The notes below the pieces were generated by a model. It was given only the letters and a program-made list of their open reading frames with translations, was not told the DNA's origin and searched no databases. A program made the position numbers and the translations under genes. Source: Lingula anatina (Eukaryota > Animalia > Brachiopoda). From it: a stretch of DNA of 64,000 bases. Positions within the stretch are counted from its first letter, which is position 1; each line of letters starts with the position of its first letter. This document shows positions 13,524 through 28,700 of the stretch, piece by piece. Location: positions 1,922,001 through 1,986,000 of the forward strand of contig CM120640.1 in the NCBI GenBank assembly GCA_051362555.1. The letters are read 5' to 3'.

Positions 13524-13744
13524 GTAAAGCCAGCTGGCAATCCTCGGAGGTCACCAAACTTAAAGAGTTTCGCAATATTTCTATCTTTAGATTTTTGATT
13601 TCTTCCTCCTATTATTTGTAATATTTCTAATTATATTATTTGTGATACTTTTATACTCAAATTCTGGAAAAAATATATGAAATGAGACTTCCTTCAAATA
13701 GAATATGTAATTCGAAACCAATACTCAAACAGCTCTCTCACGCG
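13524..13744. promoter_or_regulatory. Putative bidirectional promoter, DUF547 gene / TBC1D7
   Basis: Divergent ATGs at 13523 (-) and 13745 (+) are only 221 bp apart. Confidence 0.7.
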
Positions 13745-16254
13745 ATGGCAGACGAAAGAAATTTCAGGTCGCACTTTTATGAAAAAATGGGTTTTAGGGG
13801 AGTCGAGGAAAACAAATTAATTGAAAGTCTTCTCAAGGAACAGCCATATGAGCTTAAGAAGCTGTCTCAATTCTGCTTAAAGTTCCCTGTTCCTGCGATT
13901 TACAGACCTCTTGTTTGGAAAGTACTTTTAGGTAATGAAGTTCGCGTAGCCAAGTGCCAGTTGGCTGCATTATTTGATGACAGTTCAGTTTACGAATACA
14001 ATGTCGACGTTGACAGCGATCGTAAAAGTGGTGGCTTAACGAATATTTTGTTGTATTTATTATTTACATTGCGATATTTCCGTGATATGTTTTTGTTTGA
14101 TTATTTACGCAAGCAACACGTACAACAAAATCACCTGAAATGTACTGTATGCTCCAGGTATTCTGCCGCCGTACCAAGAGAGCCACGAGTTTGTCATGAC
14201 CATGAGAACAGATCAGTTCAATGATCTGATGCATTCTCTGAAGGTCATGGGGAAAGTGGACGACAGGACCCCCCTGCCCCTGGTCTTCCTGAAGATGTAC
14301 CACATGGAGGAAGGGACGCTTTTGTTTGATGAAAATAGGCTGGTGAGTTGGGGATGGCTGTTCAAGCAATATATACACACTTTATGAATTTATTTCTGGA
14401 CCTACAAAGTAGATGATTATTATCATGATGTGTGCCATCCTCATGAGGACTTAGACTAGCCAATGATTGTCATCTGAGCAATGACGTTCCCAGAGAGGGA
14501 GATCTGACACACTTGTTTAAGCAATTTAGATTTGTTTTCATTCGTCAGGAAAAATATGAAATCTTTGTATTGAGAATGTCTGCAATTTTGCCTCTTTTTA
14601 TTTTGAGAACCTCTTTGTGTAAATATCAGCTGCTTTTTTTTTGTTTAAATAAATGTGGAGTACAGAATATGTTTTGATGACATTTGCAATTTGCAGTTGC
14701 TGCTCAGAAATAAAAATCAATGCTTCATAATTGAAAGTGATTTATTTGAAGTTTAATTTATCTTTTTTGTATATTTTACTCTTAGGTCATGCAGCCAGAG
14801 GGCCAAAGTTTTATGGCAGTTGCTGCAGCAGTCCTGGAAATGGTGGAGAGTCACATTGATGCATACTGGATTTCTACAAAATTTTATAAATTGCAAGAAA
14901 AATGGAAAGATATCATGCATGTTTTGGTAGGCATTTAGCAGTTACATAGATTGTATTGTAAATGATTTTATTATAATCAATTTCATTACTGTGAAAGTAT
15001 TCTTAGTTTAATTTATAGTTCAAAGATTAATGTATCTTCTCCATCTTTAACATCATGTACTGCTGCAGAGTTTGAAAGGTATAGTAACAGTTGTACAGGC
15101 TGCAATTTTATTAATTTTTTCTTGATTTTCAGTCTGAAAGGACAGAGCATTATCTTAAAAAGGAGAACACAGATGGGAAATTATATGCCAAAGTTCTCAA
15201 CTTGAACATATTTGGTGCTATACCTCTGAGTAGGTGGTTCTCTTCCAGTTTTGCTGGAGTGTTGCCGGAGACATCTTTTGAAAGGTGAGTATCCAGTGCC
15301 CCTCCCACCCCCAGTTGCTTGCAGTTTTAGGTTGTTTTTTAAAGGTCTGCTTTCATCTGTGAGCCTAATGTCTTTGGTATACTTCACTTCCTGAGGAACA
15401 TCATATGAAAGTCCTTCTTTTTGAGAAGGAAACAAGATAAATATTACTTTAATTACACATTAGTTGTAAGAACTATAGAGATTTTGTCTTATTTCTTATA
15501 GATCTTAGGTGCATCCAACTAAATATTTGTTACCAACATTATGTTTTCACTTTTATCCCTATACATTGATAATAGGAAATTAACAAATGTTTAATTTTTC
15601 TTTTATTATCACACTTTAACTTTTTTCTTTCAGAATCTGGGACAAAATAATAGGGGGCTCTTGCACAGTGCTTGTCTTTGTGGCTGTGGCAATCATTCTT
15701 ACACTGAGGAGGCCAATATTGACGTTAAGGACAGATGCTGAGATTGTGCAATATCTTAAAAATGTAACTAAAAATTAATTAATGTCTACAGTATTGCCAA
15801 TAGGATTGTCTTTCTAATAGCAGTGAACAGGCAGTAAGGTTGGAAGAACTAAAAATATTCTTGATAATCTTGATATTTTAATATCTATGCATGCAGTGTT
15901 TTTGTGGAAAGTATAGCAAGGTGGGGCACAAATATCGGTGAAAAATATTATTTGTGTAAGTTTAATGTTTGTGGTAGTTACCACTGTGATTATTTTTATA
16001 ACACTGAACAATCATTATGATTAAATTAATGTTGCAAACGTTAAAGCTTGCTCTCATTTCTTACAGATTGACTGGTAAATTTTTCTTTACCTATTGACAA
16101 ATGAAACTGTATTTATTTCCAACAGATTCCAGCAGACAGTGCAGACATTATAGTGGCCAAGGCCGTAGAATTGTGGCGGAATCACGGAAGCTTGCTCTTT
16201 CCCAGTGGCATAAAAGCAGACTCTCCAGTCATAATAGAAAAAGTGCCAAGCTGA
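13745..16254 (+). CDS. TBC1D7: TBC1 domain family member 7 (TSC complex subunit), 6 exons, ~307 aa
   Basis: Exons 13745-13931, 14158-14342, 14786-14926, 15133-15284, 15634-15763, 16126-16254 (924 nt). Peptides 'ERNFRSHFYEKMGFRGVEE', 'RPLVWKVLLGILPP', 'WFSSSFAGVLP', 'RIWDKIIGGSC', 'IVAKAVELW'. Confidence 0.93.
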
Positions 16255-18372
16255 GAGGGAGGACCGTCCTATGTACAAACTTTACTTTATAAAACAAAAT
16301 TGGAGGATTGAGAGGCTTTTTCCTCTTCATTAAGCCTTATCTGTTTTCACCCCAGCCATTTTCACGTGGAGTGGTAGAGTTTTCTGTATCACACAGGTTT
16401 GAGTGATTGACATACATGGCTATGAATGGAGTGCCAGCACTCATCAGTGAGTCTAGTTAATTATGATTGGTATAGTGATTGGTACAATGGGGATGGTGAA
16501 AGGGATGAAAAATATTTATGGCATAATGACATGTTAAGACCAGTCAAGCTGATGCAGAACAGAAAACTGCACTGCTTGATAAAATAACATTACTGTGATG
16601 GAGGTCAGAGGACAATCATGATGGAGACTTGTCTGGACACAACCCCCCAGTCCTGCACCCTGTGCTTTTAAAACTGGTGTCCTGGATGGGTGACTATTGC
16701 CCATCTGGATCACCTTCTTATAACATGGTTAACAAGGATCCAGCCTGTGAAAATGTTGTCATTTGTGCTTCTTGAGGAATTTTATTTTCCTTCAGCACTC
16801 AAATTTCATTTGGTCTCCACTAATTTTGATTAAAAAATCTGCTGGCAGATGTAAAATCAGGGAATGTATAAATTCAAAATATGAACTCTTCCTTTGTGTA
16901 GCATATATTATTGGATTTATTTAACGACTATATGAATATTACAAAATGCCTTATATTCAATGAAGAAGCATTTACAAATAAAATACTAATTGTTTACAAT
17001 TATCCATTATTACATGTAATAAATATTACAAAATTGATGATAATCTTTTCTCACCATTCATGTTAGTTCATTCAATTTCCAGGATGCTTTTGCTACATAT
17101 TTTAAATTTAACCATAAGATTTCTGCATATGCTCATGTTCATGAAGGGGGCAAGCAGAAAAATACAAAAACTGATGCAATCAACTCTTGCTACCAGCATG
17201 CACAAGTATCAGAATGTGCACAAACTCAAATTCTGCTTAGGCTCACTTCTTGAAATGTGAAGTTCCATAGAATACCAAGAATGAAAATGATAATAAATAC
17301 ACAAAAACAATTTATAAACAAATATTGTTATAGTGTGAAATATAACAAGTACCATATTTATAAATATAAGATAGTAAACAGTTATGAGTTTAAAAAAAAT
17401 GGAATGATATCAATAGGCATGCCACAACGCTTGGCTCTTAATTATAAGCTAGTGATTATCATATAACTGCAACACTGACAGCTAATGCAAATATAGCCCT
17501 AAGACTTAAACTGTCTGAAGTTGCCAATTTTTTTACACCATGTGTAAATTATTGCGTGCTATTCACATTGAATAAATAATAAATCCAAATATTTATGTTC
17601 TACAAAGGACTATATTGAGACTATACAAAAAAAAAATCTGCATTTACACATAACAAATAAAAGGCATAACATTGTCACAAGGATATTTCACAATCTTCTA
17701 ACATCAGAAAAATTATATTGTACAATATAAAAAATGAAATATTCATAGTTTGCAAATGGCCCAAATAATTTTAACAAAATGTTCACATATTACATGATAA
17801 ATACATTCTCTCAACCAAGCAGATACGGAGCACCAATCAGTTGACAAGGCTTGTGTAAAGCATGGCTTCAACAAATCATTTTTAAACCGAAAAAAAATTG
17901 TAAATTAACAAATAGGAATACATTAATCTTTCTCAATTCCTCCAGTTTATCTTTACATATACCCTTGATCCTGACCTTCTTAGTATAAATATGTGAAAGA
18001 GCAGTTTCTACTGCATGCTCTTCCCTCATTCTGGCTTTGAAACAAATTTTTTTGGCCAAATAGTGCATATGACTGACTTACTATTTGATTTTTCATAGTA
18101 TAAACAAGTTGGTGTATTCCTCAACTTGAAAAAATATTTCATAATTTTCCTGGCTAAATGATACCCTTGATTTAACCATTTGAGATCATACCTACAGAAA
18201 AGCTGCCTATTTAAAGGGGAATCGCCCTCAATAGTTAGTTCATACACTGCAGTTCACTGAGCGAACTGAGTACACAAACTGTAAATCTCTCAAAAATCAT
18301 CCTATTCAATTTCCTTTTGCCTAATGTGCGTGTCTGAAACCCATTTCTGGCCTTATTTTCCTTCTTTAAACA

Positions 18373-18375
<3 letters not shown>

Positions 18376-18414
<39 letters not shown>
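18376..18414. repeat. (TG)n microsatellite
   Basis: Direct reading of the sequence. Confidence 0.95.
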
Positions 18415-18419
<5 letters not shown>

Positions 18420-18487
18420 ATACAACATTAAAACATCTCATCAGTTTAAGTGACTCCAATAACCCGAAAAAGAGACCAGGTAAACAA

Positions 18488-22563
<4,076 letters not shown>

Positions 22564-22714
22564 GATTTAACAGACCACCGCAGGTGTCCGTCTGCAATTT
22601 TTCTCTGCTTGTCAATCCCTACGCCTTTATGCAAAGGCATTTGCGATTGGTTTGATTTTGTTACAATTCTTTTCATAGGACGAAATTTACCCACAATGCA
22701 AGGTGACATTAAGT
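22564..22714. promoter_or_regulatory. Putative bidirectional promoter, SDR / EMC10, with ZNF143/Staf-like site and CCAAT box
   Basis: Divergent ATGs 151 bp apart. TTACCCACAATGCA at 22687-22700 fits the SBS core; GATTGG at 22645-22650. Confidence 0.7.
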
Positions 22715-25700
22715 ATGGCAGCGCCCACGAGTAAATCTTTAATTAACATTTTGTTCATCATTCTAGAGCTTTTAAGCGCTTTGAAGGTAAGATGCTTAGT
22801 TCAGCTGAGACAGAGAGAAGATTAGCATTTCCTGTCTTTATGCGTCATTCGGTTAATTCATTCATAGCTGCATATGCCCACTGACGTTAATCGTTAATAC
22901 TAAGTTAATGATTGATTCACGATCTTGTGTGTGTTCATTGATGCTTAGACCCCGTACACTGAAATATATCATTTGTGGAGAACTGTCGAATTGTAACCTC
23001 TCCCTTTGGTCGTTCAAGAACATTGTTACTAATGTGCAATATACTGTAGTGATGAGAAATGGCTCTTTTTTTGTAGCACTTTTATTTGATATTTTTACCA
23101 ACTTGCCTTTTTCTTTTCAATTACCAGTCAGATGACGAGTTTGAAGGACTTACATCACTACCAGTGGAGTATGCATTTCAAACAGGTACAGAGCTCTCTC
23201 TCTCTCTCTCCATAGCCACTCACACACACACACACAAACACGAAACAATGGTCAACTCCTTTCCCATGTTTAATTATTATTACTAGGTACATCAGAAAAA
23301 TGTTCAAACTGATCAGAAAATTATAATACTTATATCATCTGAAAGGTAATGCAAAAACCGGATGAAATCATTTGGAATTTTTTAAATATTCCTAAAAGCA
23401 ACAAAGATACTGAAGTTTTTTAATTGCAAAAATCCACCAAAAGTGCGTACACTCTTCAGCTAAAAACCTGTAACTACTGACCAGCGGTGATCACTCAACT
23501 GTAGCTGTGCTCAAATTGCTTGTGACCAATTAGGGCATTTGTGGCTGTATGTTAATCTAATGACCCGGAAACAAACCCAAATTGGCACAAGCACATGGCT
23601 GGGATGGATTCCGTGCAGATCATGTACTATAAATATTGTGCATCAAATAAACAAATAAACTATACTTCGCATGGTTTAATTTTCATGATTTTTCTACATA
23701 ATATTGCAAATTTCATAAACTTTATTCTCTATAAATTTCAAAATGCGGAAACCAGTACTTCCCTGACATTTTTGAGCATTTTGTCGAGGCAAAACTTCAA
23801 ACACCCTGAACTGAAACTTCTCAAAGACTGCAACATGGGAAAATCACATGACCAGATTTTACTCATTGATTTACAGCTTATTTAGTAAATGGCTTGTATT
23901 AGTTTTTATGTACAGACACAGATGTGTCTGTACATATAGCCATCATCTGCGTCTGTCGTCGCCGTCGTCGCCGTCGTGCACTTTCACCGATAACACGATA
24001 AGTGAAGAACCGTTTTTTCTTTTGGCTTGAAACCTGCAGAACTGATGAATATTCATAATGCGCAGGTCGAGTTCGAAAATCAGCATGATCGGGTGACTTG
24101 TAGGGAAGTTATGCTGTTTTTTCACTTTTTTCAGCATATATGCAGCTCCGATAACACGATAAGTGGAAAACCATTTTACTTTTTGGCTTGAAACTTACAA
24201 AACTGATGAATATTCATAATCCGCAGGTCAAGTTCGAAAATCAGCATGATCAGGCCATTTTTAGGGGAGTTATGCTGTTTTTTCACTTTTTTCAACATAT
24301 ATGCAACACTGATAACACAATATAAGAAAAACAGATTGGCCAATTGTCATTATACTCACAGGAGTGGTCAATCTTACTAAAACGCAAGTTGAGTTCGAAA
24401 ATTAGCATAATTGGGCCATTATTTTAGAAGTTGTGCTGTTTTTTCACATTTCCTCTTGATTCAATTCTTAGGCATGTTAACAGTCTCATTATTTAACTAA
24501 TAAGATACGTAAAAGTGTTTGTTTGATATTTCCTGCATCTTTACAACATTGTTAGTTGATTATGTAAAAATGATGGTAAACTTGTTATCGTGTATTGTGT
24601 AATAAAGTGTCAAAAATGGAAATAAACTCATATCATTGCAGTTTGTTAGATTCAATCATCCACTATGTTCAGAATATCAGAATGGAGGGAATTGGACATT
24701 TAACACTGTTCTATTGATATTTTTCCCATCTCATCAATTTTCTTAGTTGGTCATATAAAAATGGCAGTAAACTGTTTATTTTGCTTTATGTTAAAAAAGT
24801 GTTAAAAATGGAAATAAACCCATTTCAGAACAGTGCCGTCTTGTTTACATTTTGGCATTTTTAAGATGTGACTTTGAAGTTCCATGAGCCTACAGACCTT
24901 TGCTAGTCACATTTTCTGAATATCCATGATACTAATATTTTATGATTAAAAATTGATGGTCATTATGCTGTTAAACATTATGTAATATTGCATCAAAATT
25001 TGAAGAAAACCCTATTTTGGGCACTACTCCCATGGTGACCATTTAAAGAAAATCATGTCACTTCCTGTTCTCAAACTTACAGGAAAGAAACATGGGACTA
25101 AAATACAGCTTCAGTAGGCAATGCAGTCTGTTTGGTAATTTTTTCTGGCAATTAAACAGTTTTTTGTGAAAATTTAATGTTTCACTTATTGGCATTTTCA
25201 AGGTGTGACTTTGAAGTTCCATGATCCTGAAGACCTTTGCTTGTCATGTTTTCTAAATGTCCATGTTACTAATATTCTATTATTAAAAATTGATGGTCAT
25301 TATGCTGTTAAACATTATGTAATGCTGAATCAAAATTTGAAGAAACCCCTATTTTGGGCTCCCATGATGACCATTTAAGGAAAATCATGTCACTTACTGT
25401 TCTCAAACTAACAGGAAAGAAACATAGGTCTAAAATACAGCTTCAGTAGACAATGCAGTCTGTTTGGTAATTTTTTCTGGCAATTAAACAGTTTTTTGTG
25501 AAAATTTAATTTTTCACTTATTGGCATTTTCAAGGTGTGACTTTGAAGTTCCATGATCCTGAAGACCTTTGCTTGTCACGTTTTCTAAATGTCCATGTTA
25601 CTAATATTCTATTATTAAAAATTGATGGTCATTATGCTGTTAAACATTATGTAATGTTGCATCAAAATTTGAAGAAACCCCTATTTTGGGCACTGCTCCC

Positions 25701-28700
25701 ATGATGACCATTTAAGGAAAATCATGTCACTTACTGTTCTCAAACTTACAGGAAAGAAACATAGGTCTAAAATACAGCTTCAGCAGACATGAAGCCGAAT
25801 GCATGGTAATCAAATTTTCTACATGTCCATGCTATTTATAGTCAATAATCAAAAATTGGTGATAATTATTCTGTAATGGTACATCAAAATTGACAACAAT
25901 CTTTTTGCACTGCTACTGCAAACATTATGAAAAGAAAACTGTGTAACTTATTATTATTTTTAACTTACAAGTATGATTTTTAGGATTGGCATGCAGTTCA
26001 AATTAGAAAGCCAGGTCAATTGGGTTATCATTTATTATTGAATTTATGCAATTTTGTGTGAAAATTACATTTTTCTCATTCTGGCACTTTCTTAGTATAA
26101 ACTTGAACTTTGATGGGCCTGAAGCCTTATGCTTTTACTTTTGTCGGTGTTACCTGTTGTGCATAATTAAAATTTGATGTTGACAGTGCAGTTAAACATA
26201 ATGTATTATTGCATCAGAATTGGTAGTCACCTATTTTGTGCATTATTGTTTTGTGCTTTTCTTAAGTTGTGACTTATGGGCCTGAAAGACCTTTGAGAGG
26301 GTCAGTCTATAAATTTCCCTTGGGTATCACTTAGCTAAGTTATAAAATCATTTGCCTAATTAATAGGCCATTAAATGAGATTACATAAAGCACACTTGTT
26401 GATATTTCCCTGTAAACTGCCAAAGGTTAAGCTCTCTGCTAGATTAATAATAAGGAAGCAGTGATAATTATACAGGTAAATTATGCAGGTATATATATAT
26501 ATATCAAACTCGAAGATTAAAAGTTTGAATAGCAGCTTCTTTGGAATTATATTTACCTCAGGCTCTGTCAAGGAGGTTATAGTTTGTCTGTCATCAACAT
26601 AACTCAAAAGTTATGGACCGATTTTGCTGAAATTTTCAGGAACTGTCAGAAGTGGACCAAAGAGGACAATGATTAGTTTTTGGTGGTGGTCTGGCTCAAT
26701 AATCAATCAATAATCAATAATAATCAACAATTGCTGCCTTGGCAGAGGTCTGCACTCTTGGAGTGCTTTTCAAGTTTTGTTATGTTTTCCTTTATAATTT
26801 TTTCTCAAACACTTGCATTTGTGACTTTTAACTCTCATCCGCCTGAGGCTCTGCACATTTTCTGTATTTCCACATAAGCAGTTGTTTTTTCTGTCTTTAA
26901 ATATTATGTAATATTATTTTATGCACTGTCATCATTTTTCAAATATTGAGACTTTCATCATGTGACTTTGGTCTCTCATGGTCCTGAAACTGTAATCTTA
27001 TTTAAGGGGTGGATTGAGACCATCTTCTCGGTCTTCGGAAGACAGTCAGGTTATTAAGTTTATATTGACTGGTATCTTTTTTTTCTATTGGAAGACCATC
27101 AAAATGGAGGATGGATCAACATAGATACTTTGGAATACTGTCAGAAAATATCTCAGGGTCCACTCCTGTTATTGACCATGTTACCTGTTGTGCATGATTT
27201 AAATTCAATGTTGACTGACAGTGCTATTATAAGCATTATTTATTTTTGCATCAAAATTGACAAAATGACCTTTTTTGCATCTTTATTTTCTGTTTTTTGT
27301 CTGTACATTTGACAGCTTTGCTGCCTTGTTTTACGTGGCGCTAAAAGAGAGATTTAAAAAAGGGGTTCCATAGGCGAACTGTCAGCAGGCCGACTTCAGT
27401 TTTACACTTCACTGCCCCTGGGTAGTTACGACTGTAGCGCCCCTAGCGGATTGTGATATACCTATTATTACTAGTATTTAAAAAAATTTTTAAACAAATT
27501 TTAGGACCTGATGCAGTTTTTACAAGGAAAGGTGTCATTAGCATTGCCTCCCTGAAGGGAAATGAAGCACATTTTTCTCAAGAAAAGGCATTAGATGATG
27601 AAGAAAAAAATATGCTGAAGGTATGTGGATTTTTGCAGTGCTGTAATTAATTTATTATTAAACATGAATTTATGTTGTTCATTCTCTAATATGAGATCAC
27701 ATTTTAAAAAACAATCCATATTTATTTATTTATTATTATTATTTATTATTTTTTTCTTTAGAAAAGTGTGCAAATTATGGATTTTTGTGTTCACCACAAG
27801 TTTAAATCTTTCAGACATTGGCTCAGAATGATGACATTTACAGGCTCAGGGTCCCAACCAAGGTTGGACAGGTGGACGGGCCTTTGTCCTATGTCTCAAC
27901 ATTTATGAAAGCTGTAAGTAGTTTTAAATACATAGACATTGATTATAATACATATATGCAAGAGAGATAAACAGATCAGTTTCATTGGTTACATTGTTTA
28001 TGTTCAGAATGCTATTGAGTTGATTACAAATATCTGCTACAAGTTTTGTGTTCATGACAATTTACATTTATTATAGTGTAAGTCTTAGAGTCAGATGAAA
28101 TGGGTTGACCAGCAATTTCTTATTTTATTTTCTTTAACACACACATTTTTATGTACAGACACAGATGTGTCTGTACATATTGCCATCACCTGCGTCTGTC
28201 GTCGCCGATGCCGTCGCCGATGCCGATGCCGATGCCGATGCCGATGCCGATGCCGTCGCCGATGCCGTGCACTTTCCTTGTAAACACGATAAGTGGAGGA
28301 CAGTTTTACTTTTTGGCTTTATATTTACAGAGCTGATGAATATTCATAAAACGCAGGTCAAGTTCGAAAATCAGCATGATCAGGCCATTATTGTAGAACT
28401 TATGCTGTTTTTTCACTTTTCAGCATATATGCAACCCTGTAAACACATTTTAAGGAACACCGTTAGGCCTGTTGTCATGAAACTCACAGGAGTAATCAAT
28501 CTTACTAAAACGCAGGTCAAGTTCGAAAATCGGCATGATCGGGCCATTACTTTAGAAGTTATGCTGTTTTTTCACATTTCCTCAGATTCAATTCTTAGGC
28601 ATGTTAACAGTCTTATTATTTTACTAATAAGATACATAAAAGTGTTTGTTTGACATTTCCTGAATCTTTACAAAATTGTTAGTTGATTATGTAAAAATGA

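Larger units (their letters stand above)
23903..27332 (+). mobile_element. Non-autonomous Helentron-type (HINE/DINE-1-like) element, family A, with nested insertions (EMC10 intron 2)
   Basis: T-run, subTIR TGTACAGACA (23909-23918), adjacent inverted copy TGTCTGTACA (23925-23934), (GTC/GCC) microsatellite, internal tandem units of ~160 bp and ~335 bp, 3' subTIR (27298-27307), hairpin CAGCtttGCTG, T-run. Confidence 0.8.

Noticed and set aside
13682-14224. 180-aa ORF as a single-exon gene, or upstream ATG at 13682
   Set aside because: It is TBC1D7 exon 1 running into intron 1. Family similarity begins at MADERNFR (13745) and ends at the donor after 13931.
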